Shown here: positions 1-9,627 of the stretch, piece by piece | How the letters are laid out: every line of letters begins with the position of its first letter | Position numbering within the stretch: the first letter of the stretch is position 1 | DNA from: an uncultured Verrucomicrobiae bacterium | Lineage (GTDB): Bacteria; Verrucomicrobiota; Verrucomicrobiia; Opitutales; JABDGR01 | Assembly (NCBI GenBank): GCA_963765205.1 | Contig: CAVXVB010000004.1 | Span: 128,001-192,000, forward strand | Direction of reading: 5' to 3' | Length of the DNA stretch: 64,000 nt | Made by a program: the position numbers and the translations under genes | Notes under the pieces: generated by a model | Seen by the model: only the letters and a program-made list of their open reading frames with translations | Database searches by the model: none | Told to the model about the DNA's origin: nothing

Positions 1-1364
1 GCATTCTTAAATTCCTGGACGCTTTCCGGCAGCCGCCCGACGGCGGCCAGGTTCACGCCCAGATTCTCATGGGCGCGGGCATTTTCGGGTGCGTTTGCCA
101 CCGTCGAAAGACCATTGTCCAATTCCGTTTGGTAATCCTGGTTGCGCTCGAACGTCAGGGTTCCCAAAGCGACGGCCCCGGCCACGACCGCCGTGGCAAA
201 GACCCGTGGCCCCGCGCACCGGCCCAGCGCCACCGCCGCCAGCACCGCCAGCGCCGCCAGGGGCAGATACAGCCGGTGTTCCGCCGCGACTTCGGTCACA
301 ATCGGGATGGCGCCCGAACTCGGCGCGAGTATCACAAAAAACCATGCTCCAAGGAAACCCAGTGCCGGTCGCGCCCACAGCAGGTAGATGGTCCCGGCCG
401 CCAGCACCCCGATCAGCAGCAAAGCAGCCCCATCCGGCCCTCCGCTGACAGCCAAGGTCGGCCCGTAATCCACGAGTTGCGGGTGCGGCCACGCGCTCAG
501 GGCCAAATAGTGTGCGATCACGGAGAACTGCGACCAAGCGTAATGCCACCCGACCCCATCCGGCCCAAAGCCAGCCGTTTGGCCGCGGGTGCCCGTACTC
601 CAGACCAGACCAGCCAGCGGAAACCAAGTGGCGGCCAACGCGGCGTAATACTTTGCACGCCTCCGCCAGGCCTCGGCAAAAGTCCCCGCCACGAACGTTC
701 GGTCAAACAGCAGCGTTATGAGGGGCGCGGTCACCATGACCTCCTTGCAGAACATGCCCAGCAGGCAAGCCACCGCGGAGCCAGCCAGCCAAAATTTTCC
801 GGTCGGTACGGCCACTGCGCGCACGAATAAATATAGCGTCAGCAAATAAAACAGCCCCATCAGCGACTCGACGCGCTGCACGACATACGTCACCGCGTCG
901 GTTTGCAAAGGATGCAACGCCCAGAACAGCGCCACCGCCAGAGCCACGGGCAGCGCCCGCCCCGCTAAGGGCGCGCGCCACCCCGGCAGCTCGAGCGTGC
1001 GTCGCACCAGCCCGAACAGCGTCAGCGCAGCCAGCAAATGAATCAGCACATTGACCACATGGTAACTCCACCCCTGATAACCGCTTAGTTCGTAATTAAA
1101 CGCAAAGGTCAGGTTGGCCAGCGGCCGGCCGGAGACCGTGACCCCGGCACCCGGCGGCTGCAACGCCATCAGCCAGCCATGCTGAATGGTCGGATTGTGC
1201 AAAATGGAAAACCGATCATCGTATACAAAGGCCCCACCTAGGCTGTTCGAGTAGGCCGCGAGGCCCGCGGCGATGATGAGCGCCGCCGCCCAGCCTAGGG
1301 AGGGACGCGCGGGGGCCGCCGGTTGCGCGCAGGGGGAGGGGTCTGGGGCTGCGGATTCCGACAT
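1..1364 (-). CDS. TMTC-like GT-C membrane glycosyltransferase with TPR repeats (runs off left edge, 3' truncated)
   Basis: Hand translation from ATG at 1364 gives ...AYSNSLGGAFVYDD...GRPLANLTFAFNY...HPLQTDAVTYVVQRVESL...AAEHRLYLPL...ARAHENLG. Collinear paralog of 1444..3714. Absent from the ORF track because it has no stop inside the window. Confidence 0.85.
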   Translation of the reverse strand, partial: MSESAAPDPSPCAQPAAPARPSLGWAAALIIAAGLAAYSNSLGGAFVYDDRFSILHNPTIQHGWLMALQPPGAGVTVSGRPLANLTFAFNYELSGYQGWSYHVVNVLIHLLAALTLFGLVRRTLELPGWRAPLAGRALPVALAVALFWALHPLQTDAVTYVVQRVESLMGLFYLLTLYLFVRAVAVPTGKFWLAGSAVACLLGMFCKEVMVTAPLITLLFDRTFVAGTFAEAWRRRAKYYAALAATWFPLAGLVWSTGTRGQTAGFGPDGVGWHYAWSQFSVIAHYLALSAWPHPQLVDYGPTLAVSGGPDGAALLLIGVLAAGTIYLLWARPALGFLGAWFFVILAPSSGAIPIVTEVAAEHRLYLPLAALAVLAAVALGRCAGPRVFATAVVAGAVALGTLTFERNQDYQTELDNGLSTVANAPENARAHENLGVNLAAVGRLPESVQEFKN

Positions 1365-1443
1365 GGGAAGAGCGCCACCATCTTTAGCCGTTCGTGCTGC
1401 ACGGCGCAACCCCACTGTTCAGCGCGATCAAATAGCAGCGTAC

Positions 1444-3714
1444 TCAGGGCGCAGGCGGATTACCGGGCGGCTTGGCCCCGCGGTGGATCACGTCGTCCAG
1501 TTGCTGGCGCACTTGCTGGTTATCCGGCTGGAGATTCAGCGCTTCCTGCAATTCCCGCGCAGCCGCGTCGAGCTGGCCCAGGTTCGCAAGAGCCGCGCCC
1601 AAGCTGTAGTGCGCTTCCGGTGCGTTGGGCGCCAATTGGGCGGCCGCTGTGAATTCGCTCACCGCCGCCTGGTTCTGGCCCAGGCCGCTGAGCGCCAGGC
1701 CAAGGCGGTAATGCGCCAGGGGGTTGTTGGGGGCTTCTTGCAAGGCGCGCTGGTAGTGCTGGATACCCTCGTCCGGGTGGCCGGCGAGCACGTAGGTGTT
1801 CCCGATGTTCACCTCCGCCTGCACGAAGACTGGTTGGACGCGCAGGGCCTGCAAATAATAATTTATCGCATCATCGTAGCGCCCGGCCTGCGACAACACC
1901 GAGGCCATGTTGTGGTAGGCGCCCGCGTAGTCGGGCCGCATCTGGATGGCGCGCGCGTAGTCGTTCAACGCCTCCTGCATATGGGGGTCGTGGACGGGGT
2001 CGGCCGTGCGCTCGGCAATCTCGCGCTCGGCATTGCCCAGATTGTAAAAGGCCACCGCCTTGTCGCTGTCCCGCAGCAGACCCTGGATGGCACGCGCGTA
2101 GTGCGCGGCCGCCTCCTCATCTTCGCCGAGCAGTCCCAGGGCGTTGCCCAGGTTATTTTCGCAATCGGGGTAAAAGGGTCGGAGGCTGATCGCCGTCTCG
2201 TATTCCTGCACGCTCTCGTGCAAACGCCCGGCATCGGCCAGCATGATGCCGTAATTTTCATGCGCACGTGCGATGTCCGGATGCTTGGTGACGGTATCAC
2301 GCCATAGATCGAGCGCAGTATGGTAATCCACATTGCGCGCGTGGGTGACGGCCCCGAGCGCCAGGGCCAGCGCGCCCGTGGCCCAGAGCAACCGCCGCCC
2401 AAACCAGGCCCGCAACCCGAGCGCAACCAGCACGGCCAGCGCCGCCAGCGGTAAATACAGCCGGTGCTCCGCCGCGATCTCCGTCACAATGGGAATGACG
2501 CTGGAACTTGGCGCCAGGATCACAAAAAACCAAGCACCGAGAAAACCGAGAAAGGGCAGCCGCCAAAGCAGCCAAGCCGTGCCCGCCGCTAGCGCCATAA
2601 TCAAAACCAGCGTTGGCAAAATGACCCATGGCGAAGCCACCGGCTTGTCGCCGTAATCCAAAGTCAGCGGATGGGGCCAGACCGTGAGCGCCAGGTAGTG
2701 CGCTATGGCCGGGGGTTGTGACTTCACGTAGTCCAGCCACCCCATCCCCGCGCCGAAGCCGGCGGACAACCCACGCGTGCCGACGCTATACGCCATCCCC
2801 ACCTGCAACACCATAGCCAGCGCGAACACTGCATAGACCAACCCCCGCCGCCAGAATATATCCCGCGGCTTTTCCGCGACAAAAATAAAATCATAGAGCA
2901 GGATCAACACCGGCGCGGTGATCGTCACCTCCTTGCAAAACACCCCGAGGAAACACGCCAGCGCCGCCAGCGTTAGCCACGCCCAGCCCGCGAACCGCGA
3001 GGCCTGCGTGCCGCGCACAAAGCAGTAAAATGTCGTCAGGTAAAACAACCCCATCAGCGACTCCGCGCGCTGGGACACATACGTCACCGATTCAGTCTGC
3101 AACGGGTGCAGCAGCCACAACAACGCCGCCGCCAGCGCCACTGGGACGGCGTCTTCCGCGAATCGCGTGCGCAGCTTGGGCAGTTCCAGCGTCCGCCGCA
3201 CCAACCCGAACAACGCCAGGCCGGCCAGCAAATGAATCAGCAGATTGACCACATGATAGCCCGTCACGCCAAAACCATCGCCTCCGCGGGCCACGTTCCA
3301 CTTGAAATTTGCGGCGAAGGAAAGGTTCACCAAGGGACGACCCGTCACCGTCTGCCCCACGGTGGGCGGGTGGAACGCGTCGGCCCAGGTTTTCTGAATG
3401 GTGGTGTTTTCCTTGATGGCTGGCAAGTCATCGAGCGCAAACGCGCCGCCGAAGCTGTTACTGTAGGCCAGCCAGCCAGCCAGGACGATGATCAGCACAG
3501 ACAGCCATCGTTGCCAGGCGAAAGAACTGGCCCCTTCCGCCTTGGCGGTCGTTGGCGGCGCGGGCGGGGTCGGTGCTTTGACCGGCGCGGGAGGTGGGTT
3601 GGCGGCGGGGCCGGGGGTTGGCGGGGGAGCAACTGCAACCTCGGTGGCCGACGCCGACCCCGGTTTGGATTTCCGTTGCGGCGGCGCGGAGCGGGGTGTT
3701 TTTGCAGCCGGCAT
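1444..3714 (-). CDS. TMTC-like GT-C membrane glycosyltransferase with C-terminal TPR repeats
   Basis: FALDD acidic loop, HPLQTESVTYVSQRAE, AEHRLYLP, multiple TM helices, then TPRs (AHENYG, AFYNLG, AHYRLG, AHYSLG). Start taken as ATG 3714 (MPAAK). Confidence 0.85.
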   Translation of the reverse strand: MPAAKTPRSAPPQRKSKPGSASATEVAVAPPPTPGPAANPPPAPVKAPTPPAPPTTAKAEGASSFAWQRWLSVLIIVLAGWLAYSNSFGGAFALDDLPAIKENTTIQKTWADAFHPPTVGQTVTGRPLVNLSFAANFKWNVARGGDGFGVTGYHVVNLLIHLLAGLALFGLVRRTLELPKLRTRFAEDAVPVALAAALLWLLHPLQTESVTYVSQRAESLMGLFYLTTFYCFVRGTQASRFAGWAWLTLAALACFLGVFCKEVTITAPVLILLYDFIFVAEKPRDIFWRRGLVYAVFALAMVLQVGMAYSVGTRGLSAGFGAGMGWLDYVKSQPPAIAHYLALTVWPHPLTLDYGDKPVASPWVILPTLVLIMALAAGTAWLLWRLPFLGFLGAWFFVILAPSSSVIPIVTEIAAEHRLYLPLAALAVLVALGLRAWFGRRLLWATGALALALGAVTHARNVDYHTALDLWRDTVTKHPDIARAHENYGIMLADAGRLHESVQEYETAISLRPFYPDCENNLGNALGLLGEDEEAAAHYARAIQGLLRDSDKAVAFYNLGNAEREIAERTADPVHDPHMQEALNDYARAIQMRPDYAGAYHNMASVLSQAGRYDDAINYYLQALRVQPVFVQAEVNIGNTYVLAGHPDEGIQHYQRALQEAPNNPLAHYRLGLALSGLGQNQAAVSEFTAAAQLAPNAPEAHYSLGAALANLGQLDAAARELQEALNLQPDNQQVRQQLDDVIHRGAKPPGNPPAP

Positions 3715-3836
3715 GGTGACAAAACTGTCAGAATAGCTTTTAACCCCGGAAACGCAATATATCTTCAAACGGTCGTTTCGCCATGCTCTTTTTTCGCCAA
3801 ACTGGAAAACGCTGGGTGGATTCCCGCCCATCTGGC

Positions 3837-3871
3837 AAAAAAGCCGGGCCGGCCTTGTGGGCCGGCCCGGC
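3837..3871 (-). terminator. Rho-independent terminator after the cytochrome c gene
   Basis: Perfect 12-bp stem GCCGGGCCGGCC/GGCCGGCCCGGC with 5-nt loop, followed by T6 on the minus strand, 35 nt downstream of the stop at 3907. Confidence 0.8.
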
Positions 3872-3906
3872 GGGCGAAATCTTTATCCGTGGCAACTGCC
3901 GCAGAC

Positions 3907-4476
3907 TTATTTCGCGCCTTGGTCAATCCAGGCGCGCACCAAGGCCAGTTGATCCTTTGTCAAAGGCGGGTGGGCCGTGCGCCCGGTGAGCGGCGGCATT
4001 TCTTCCTTCGCAATCGTGTCGCCCGCGTAAAGCACCACCAGGCTCTGGTCGCTGTGGCCCGGGACGATGTCCTTCCCCTTCCGACCGCCCTTGATCAGCG
4101 TGTCATGGCTAGTCACATCCAAGCCCGACCGGGGCGTGGCGCCAGCATGGCAATTTGTGCAGGACGCCTTCAAAATCGGCGCAATATCGGTGTCGAACGT
4201 CAAACCCTGCTTGTCCGACGGGGCGGGCAGCTTCGCCAAATTCGGGTTGGCCGCGGTGCCCGCCGTCGTCGTCGTGCCGCTGGCCGCCGCGGGAGCCATC
4301 ATTGAGCCTGACGTGGCGGCCGGAGGCGCCATGGAACCCAACGTCGCCGCAGGGGCCATCGAACCGGTCGCCGCTGTGCTGGCCGGAGCCGTCGCGTCCG
4401 CCGCGCCCAGGCTGTTGATGAGGATCATCAGGCCAGCCACCGAGCCGGCACCAAGAAGGGATAGTTTTTTGTTCAT
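3907..4476 (-). CDS. Exported planctomycete-type cytochrome c domain protein
   Basis: Signal peptide, Ala/Thr-rich linker, FDTDIAPILKASCTNCHAG (CxxCH), IVPGHSDQSL, EMPP and LVRAWIDQGAK typical of the family. Confidence 0.85.
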   Translation of the reverse strand: MNKKLSLLGAGSVAGLMILINSLGAADATAPASTAATGSMAPAATLGSMAPPAATSGSMMAPAAASGTTTTAGTAANPNLAKLPAPSDKQGLTFDTDIAPILKASCTNCHAGATPRSGLDVTSHDTLIKGGRKGKDIVPGHSDQSLVVLYAGDTIAKEEMPPLTGRTAHPPLTKDQLALVRAWIDQGAK

Positions 4477-4566
4477 GTAGGGATAGACAATAAATCTGCC
4501 TTGTCATTCTGGATGATTCTAGGATGGCTCGACAAGCTTTTTTTGTCCGCGTGATGTGGTGCCCGA

Positions 4567-4905
4567 TTAGCACCGGTTGGAGAGCTGGATGATGTTGCCT
4601 TCCGGATCATAGGCGTCGCAAAGTTTGAGTCCGCTGCCCGCCCCGGGGTCTTTGCCCATCGGCACACCGCGACGGATTAATTCGGCGCGCGTGGCCGAAA
4701 CGTCTTCGGTGTAGAAGCAGATTTTCGTCCGGCCGGGTCGGGCGATGGTGGCCCGATGCAGGGCCAGATGGCACCCGCCGCCGTCGAAGTCCACAAAACC
4801 ATCGCTCCGTTCGAGCACTCGGAGGCCCAGTTGCTCTTGATAAAAATGCGTCATCGCTTTCATGTCCTTGGCGAAAAGGATGACGCGGCGGATTTGTAGC
4901 TTCAT
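4567..4905 (-). CDS. VOC/glyoxalase family protein
   Basis: VILFAKDMKAMTHFY at the N-terminus and CDAYDPEGNIIQL at the C-terminus. Confidence 0.85.
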   Translation of the reverse strand: MKLQIRRVILFAKDMKAMTHFYQEQLGLRVLERSDGFVDFDGGGCHLALHRATIARPGRTKICFYTEDVSATRAELIRRGVPMGKDPGAGSGLKLCDAYDPEGNIIQLSNRC

Positions 4906-4971
4906 GGGCGTGGAAGGCGGGACGGTTTCGAGGGCTTGGATGCTGGTCGCGTTGAAAAAATCCGGTCAAAC

Positions 4972-5399
4972 TCATGGCGCAACCTCGCCGGGAGAATGGC
5001 AACCAGACCCGTTTGGGGCCGCCTGGCGAAGTTGATAAACATTGCCTTCCGGATCATACCCGTCACAGACCGTGGCCCCGTCAAAGGACCACTCCGGCCC
5101 TGCGCCGTTAAGCGCCCCGCCGCACTGCACCGCAACCTCGCGGGCCTGCGCCAGGCGCTCAACCAAGAACACCAGTTTGATGGCTCCGTTCTCCCGGCGC
5201 ACGGGTGGTGACTGGATGGTGATTGTTTTGGCGATGCGCTCCGGTATCTGCAATACCACCAATTGAAACGGCCAAGACTCGAGCATGATATAGTCTGCCT
5301 CGGTGCGGCAAACGCGCAGGCTCGCCACCTGTTCATAGAACGAGGCGACTCGCTTTGGATTCTTCGCATAGATGACGGCGCCGGCTCGGTGCGGTTCAT
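4972..5399 (-). CDS. VOC/glyoxalase family protein (apparent 1-nt deletion near 5389)
   Basis: Frame of 4972..5328 extends upstream as RAGAVIYAKNPKRVASFYEQVASL and ends CDGYDPEGNVYQL. The only nearby ATG (5399) is one base out of frame. Confidence 0.7.
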
Positions 5400-5490
5400 G
5401 ATTGACGATAAAGTGGGTTCGCCTTTTGCTTGTGTCGAGTAATTTAACCCCCCCGGCAGTCTCGTAAAAGGGAATTTCCGGCCATCCGTT

Positions 5491-6072
5491 ATGCCTCGTA
5501 GGAAATTCAACTTTTTCATTTTTGTCGTCCTCGTCGTCCTCGGTCTTTGGTGGTTAATGCGGCCGCAACCATCGCCACCGGTGCCCACCCCGACTCCCGC
5601 ACCTGCCAAGCCCAGCCCCCTCCACTCCCTCCAGAATCAAAATCCTTTCGTCCCGCCGCCCACCAAACCTGCGGCGCCTGCGCCAACGCCGCCGGGGAGC
5701 AGCGCTACTCACATTAATGATGAAACTCAATCCGAGCAAAGCCGCATTGATGCCCTACCGGTCGAATTCCCTCAGTTTAATGGCGAAACGCAATCCTACC
5801 ACTTGGATCCGTCCGAGCTTGCCGTCATCATGGCCGAGGAAAGCGCCGCCTCGGCTGGCAGAACGAGCACAAACCCAAGTAATGCTGATGAAATTCTGAC
5901 GGATGTTTTGTCTCGCGCGGGTGTGAACTTTCCGCCTGGGTCACGGATGGTCTACATCAGCACCCTCGGAGATCTTGAGGTGACGGACACCCCGGAAAAC
6001 CTGGCTAAAATTCCCAACGCGCTGCGGACGCTTTTATACGACCCACCGCCCCCGCCCTCCCCCCAGCCGTAG
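5491..6072 (+). CDS. Membrane-anchored Pro-rich protein with a secretin N-domain-like C-terminus
   Basis: N-terminal TM, Pro-rich linker, then LSRAGVNFPPGSRMVYISTLGDLEVTDTPENLAKI, which resembles NolW-like N-domains of verrucomicrobial secretins. Confidence 0.6.
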   Translation: MPRRKFNFFIFVVLVVLGLWWLMRPQPSPPVPTPTPAPAKPSPLHSLQNQNPFVPPPTKPAAPAPTPPGSSATHINDETQSEQSRIDALPVEFPQFNGETQSYHLDPSELAVIMAEESAASAGRTSTNPSNADEILTDVLSRAGVNFPPGSRMVYISTLGDLEVTDTPENLAKIPNALRTLLYDPPPPPSPQP

Positions 6073-6081
6073 GTTCTGTTG

Positions 6082-6148
6082 TGCTCTGTAGAAAAGATAC
6101 CGAGGGCCCTTCGGCGAAATCGGGCAAAGGCGTCATTTCCACAGTGCA
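6082..6148. mobile_element. 67-bp MITE-like IS5-family derivative with 9-bp target duplication
   Basis: Ends TGCTCTGTAGAAA / TTTCCACAGTGCA form an imperfect inverted repeat. Flanked by direct repeat GTTCTGTTG (6073-6081, 6149-6157). First 18 bp identical to the IS end at 17853-17870. Confidence 0.8.
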
Positions 6149-6236
6149 GTTCTGTTGTGATACTAATTATCAAATAAACTTAAATGCTATCACTATGGAG
6201 ATCATGGGGCGCCCTGGGCGCGCTTCTTCCGTCTCG

Positions 6237-6291
6237 GGGAACGCGACCGTCCCGGTCGCTGCGGTCGGCGCGCGGGACGCCCGCGCTCCCC
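6237..6291. repeat. REP-like palindromic doublet between convergent genes
   Basis: GGGAACGCGACCGTCCCGGTCGC faces an inverted relative GCGCGCGGGACGCCCGCGCTCCC; each unit is itself palindromic. Confidence 0.5.
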
Positions 6292-6343
6292 GGGACGTAA
6301 ATCCTGTATCCTAAAGTCCAAAAAAATTCAGCGTTGGTATAAT

Positions 6344-9001
6344 TCAGTTCTGCCGGCGGCCGCGACGTTGTTGGGCCGGCTGGTGGCGCGGGCCGGGGTT
6401 GGAATCCGAGGCCGGGCGTTGCGCATGGCCGGAGGATTGGCGCGGCGCTTGAGGGGAAGGCTGGCGCGGGCCGGAAGAATGACGCGAGACGTGGCCGGAA
6501 AATTGGCGCGCGTCTTGGCTCGCCGGTGGGCGCGTAGTTTGGCCGGAAGATTGCCGTGGCGCTTGGCTGGCCGAATGGCGCGAGCTTTGGCCGGAAGAAT
6601 GCCGCGGCGCCTGGTGCGCCGAATGCCGCGGGCCGGCGCGCATTTTTTTGTGATGCGCTTGCATCGCGGGGGTGATTTCTGTGCCGCCCGTTTCTTGTGC
6701 TCCGGGCTGGGCCGAGCCGGCGATGCGGAAATCAATCTGGCGCTTGAAACGGTCCACGCGGAAAACCTCGACCGGAACTTCCTGGCCGAGCGTGAATTTG
6801 CGCTTGGTGCGGCGGCCCACGAGTTCGCGGCCTTCGCCGGTCAGCGCATACAGGTCGTCTTGCAGCGACGACAACGGCACAAAGCCGTAGGCGCTGGACT
6901 CGCGCAGTTCGATGAAGAAGCCGTGGTTGCGGATGTCGGTGATGAGGGCGGGAAAAACCTGGCGGGGCGTGCGCTGGGCCTCGCGCTCGAAGAATTCGAG
7001 GAGTTTGAGTTTCACCGTCTCGCGCTCGGCCTCGGTGCTGTTTTGCTCGGTGCTGCTAAGGTGCCGCGCGAGCGCGTCGAGTTCCGCCTGGTTGTAGCGG
7101 GCTGGCGGCGCGCCGCCAGCGGGGTTCAGCCGGGCGAGGTGATTGTCAAAAATGCGATGGACGACGAGGTCGGAATACCGCCGGATGGGCGAGGTGAAGT
7201 GGGTGTAGAATTTTTTGAAGAGGCCGTAGTGCCCGTCCACCGACGCGCGGTAGCACGCCTGCTTGAGGCTGCGCAGAAATTGCGTCTTGAGCGTGTGGCC
7301 CTGCGGATGATGGCGGATTTTTTCGAGCACGCGCACGATTTCCGCGCGGTTGTTCAAATCCCCGGCCTCCACGCCAAAGGTCGCCAGCAGGTCGCGCAGT
7401 TCGATGAGTTTCTCCGGGTCGGGTTGGTCGTGCACGCGCGAGAGGAACGGCAGGCCGGCTTCATGCAGGGAGCGCGCAACAACCTCGTTCGCCAACAGCA
7501 TATATTCCTCGACCAGCTGGTGGCTCTCGTCGTTGGTGATCAATTCGAGGCGGTCGGCATAGCCGTCGGTGTCGGTGAAAATTTTAACCTCGGGAAAATC
7601 GAAATCGAGGCTGCCTTTTTGCATGCGCGCGCGGCGCAGCGGCTCGGCCAGCGACCAGAGCGTGCGCACGGCGTCGCGCAATTCAATCAGTTCCGCGTCG
7701 GTCAACGAAGCCAGCGCACGGCCCGTCGAGCCGGTCGCGAACGCGGGCGGCACGGGCAACCCGCGCAGCACCGCAAGGTCGCTTTCCTTGAGCAGCGCAA
7801 AAGCCTGGCGGTAAGTAAGTCGCTTGCGACTGCGGATCACCGAGTTCGCAAAACGCGTAGCGCGAATTTTTCCGGTCGGCGCAAAAGTGACAAAAATGCT
7901 TTTGACGAGCCGGTCCTGCGCTTCGACGAGGCTGCACAGGCCGTTCGACAGCGCGTGCGGCAGCATCGGGATGACGCAGCCGACCAGATAGGTCGAGTTC
8001 CCGCGCGCGCGCGCCTCGCGGTCGAGCGCCGTGCCGGGGCGCACATAGGCGCTCACGTCCGCGATGTGGATGCCGATGCGCACTTCGCCGCCGGGCAGGC
8101 GCTCGATGGACAGCGCGTCGTCAAAGTCCTTGGCGTCGTCGGGATCAATCGTGATCGTAAAAATATCGCGCGCATCCTCGCGGCCCGCGCGGTCGCGCGG
8201 GCGCACTTCGGGCGGGATGGCATTCGCCTCCGCTTGCACCGCTTCGGGAAATTCCGGCTGAAGATGGAACTTGTAAAGGATGGCCTTGAATTCCGCACCG
8301 GGCGTGTGCGTGCGGCCCAGGTTCTCGATGATTTCGCCCGTCGGGTTGAGGTGCCGCTGCGTCCATTCCTGCAAACGCACCAAAACCTTGTCGCCGGGCT
8401 GCGGCGGCGGGAACACCGACGTTTGCGCCGGGTCGGCGACCAGGACGGTACGCACGAAGCGCGGGTCGTCGGGCGCGACGTTCCAAAACTGGTTGTCGCG
8501 GCGGAGCGTGCCGGAAATGGTTTCGTGTTTGCGTTCGAGCACGCGGATAATGCGGCCGATGGTCGCCGTTGGGCCGGAGCGCGCGCCGGCTTTGACGAAC
8601 CACGGCCGCGCGCTTTTGTTTTCCCGCACCAGCACGCGGTCGCCGTGGAGCGCCGTGCCGGTGTCTTCGGCAAAAATGTGCCATGGCTCGCCCGCGGGGC
8701 CGCCGCTTGGCGGGTCGGGAAAGAAAATCGCCGCGCCGCTTTGGCGGAATTTGACAGTGCCGCATTGCATATCGGCATCGCGCGGGATGACGAGGCGCTC
8801 CTGCTTCACCTGGGCGACGAGGCCCTGGTTGAGCAGTTGGTGGACGAGCGGGCCGAGTTTTTTCTCGTCGCGTTTATCCAGCCCGAGGGCGCGGGCGATT
8901 TCGCCGGCGTGCAGCGGCGTGTAGTCCTTGCGCCGGAGCAGTTCCAGCAGGCGGTTTTCGAGGCTGGCGGAAGTTGCGCCGGGCTGGTCAGAATGATTCA
9001 T
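6344..9001 (-). CDS. rnr: Ribonuclease R
   Basis: RNB motif TIDPDDAKDFDDALS, HIADVS, YTHFTSPIRRYSDL, S1 domain and basic C-terminal tail. Confidence 0.95.
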   Translation of the reverse strand: MNHSDQPGATSASLENRLLELLRRKDYTPLHAGEIARALGLDKRDEKKLGPLVHQLLNQGLVAQVKQERLVIPRDADMQCGTVKFRQSGAAIFFPDPPSGGPAGEPWHIFAEDTGTALHGDRVLVRENKSARPWFVKAGARSGPTATIGRIIRVLERKHETISGTLRRDNQFWNVAPDDPRFVRTVLVADPAQTSVFPPPQPGDKVLVRLQEWTQRHLNPTGEIIENLGRTHTPGAEFKAILYKFHLQPEFPEAVQAEANAIPPEVRPRDRAGREDARDIFTITIDPDDAKDFDDALSIERLPGGEVRIGIHIADVSAYVRPGTALDREARARGNSTYLVGCVIPMLPHALSNGLCSLVEAQDRLVKSIFVTFAPTGKIRATRFANSVIRSRKRLTYRQAFALLKESDLAVLRGLPVPPAFATGSTGRALASLTDAELIELRDAVRTLWSLAEPLRRARMQKGSLDFDFPEVKIFTDTDGYADRLELITNDESHQLVEEYMLLANEVVARSLHEAGLPFLSRVHDQPDPEKLIELRDLLATFGVEAGDLNNRAEIVRVLEKIRHHPQGHTLKTQFLRSLKQACYRASVDGHYGLFKKFYTHFTSPIRRYSDLVVHRIFDNHLARLNPAGGAPPARYNQAELDALARHLSSTEQNSTEAERETVKLKLLEFFEREAQRTPRQVFPALITDIRNHGFFIELRESSAYGFVPLSSLQDDLYALTGEGRELVGRRTKRKFTLGQEVPVEVFRVDRFKRQIDFRIAGSAQPGAQETGGTEITPAMQAHHKKMRAGPRHSAHQAPRHSSGQSSRHSASQAPRQSSGQTTRPPASQDARQFSGHVSRHSSGPRQPSPQAPRQSSGHAQRPASDSNPGPRHQPAQQRRGRRQN

Positions 9002-9029
9002 CAAAGTTTTTTGGCAAAATCTGCATCGG

Positions 9030-9100
9030 GATCACCGCATGCGGCGCCCTACAGTTCGGCTTGGTTGATTGTAGGGGCGTCCCGCAAAGCGGGACGTCCC
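9030..9100. repeat. Pair of GTAG-type REP hairpins
   Basis: Minus-strand GTAGGGCGCCGCATGCGGTGATC and plus-strand GTAGGGGCGTCCCGC-AAA-GCGGGACGTCCC. Confidence 0.55.
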
Positions 9101-9107
9101 ATGTTTG

Positions 9108-9542
9108 TTAGAATTTCGGCAACGCGCGGCCCTCATCCGCTTCAATGAAGTCGAACATGGTGAGGATTTCGTGGGCGCGGTGTTCCATCTTGGCTTCCTT
9201 CAGACGCATCTGGAGCCGCCCGGCGACGGCGTCGCGCCAGCCGCGCTTGACCATGAAGTCGTTCCAGTCGGCGATTTCGTCGTTGGTCAGGCGGCGGCCA
9301 TGCTCGACGCACCATTGCCAAAGCGCGTCGTCGGAGAGGCCGGAGAGGGTTTGTTTTTTCAGCTCGTCGTAGCTGACGCCGAGGAAGGCGCAGCAACGGC
9401 CGTCAAAGCCACCGCCGAGGTTTTCGATGTAGTCCGGGCCTAAATCGCCGGCGGCGTGCAGGCGGATTTTGTCCACCAGGCGGGCGAAATAGACGAGGCC
9501 GCCAGTCTTGTCATAGACGCTGCGAGGAAAGCGGGTTGCCAT
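9108..9542 (-). CDS. DUF5069 family protein
   Basis: PRSVYDKTGGLVYFARLVDKIRLHAAG...GFDGRCCAFLGVSY...FDFIEADEGR matches the family pattern as I recall it. Confidence 0.8.
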   Translation of the reverse strand: MATRFPRSVYDKTGGLVYFARLVDKIRLHAAGDLGPDYIENLGGGFDGRCCAFLGVSYDELKKQTLSGLSDDALWQWCVEHGRRLTNDEIADWNDFMVKRGWRDAVAGRLQMRLKEAKMEHRAHEILTMFDFIEADEGRALPKF

Positions 9543-9627
9543 AAAATAAAGAAGGTGAGGGAACACCTTAGCAGATTTTCAGGCCAGGGGAAGCCTCATG
9601 TGCCGGGCGGATGACCCCGGCAAATCG

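Noticed and set aside
6368..9148. 926-aa plus-strand ORF, and similar long ORFs at 35318..37120, 48142..50367 and 31393..32724
   Set aside because: Antisense shadows of rnr, clpC, gcvP and the M16 peptidase, expected in high-GC DNA; no recognisable motifs.
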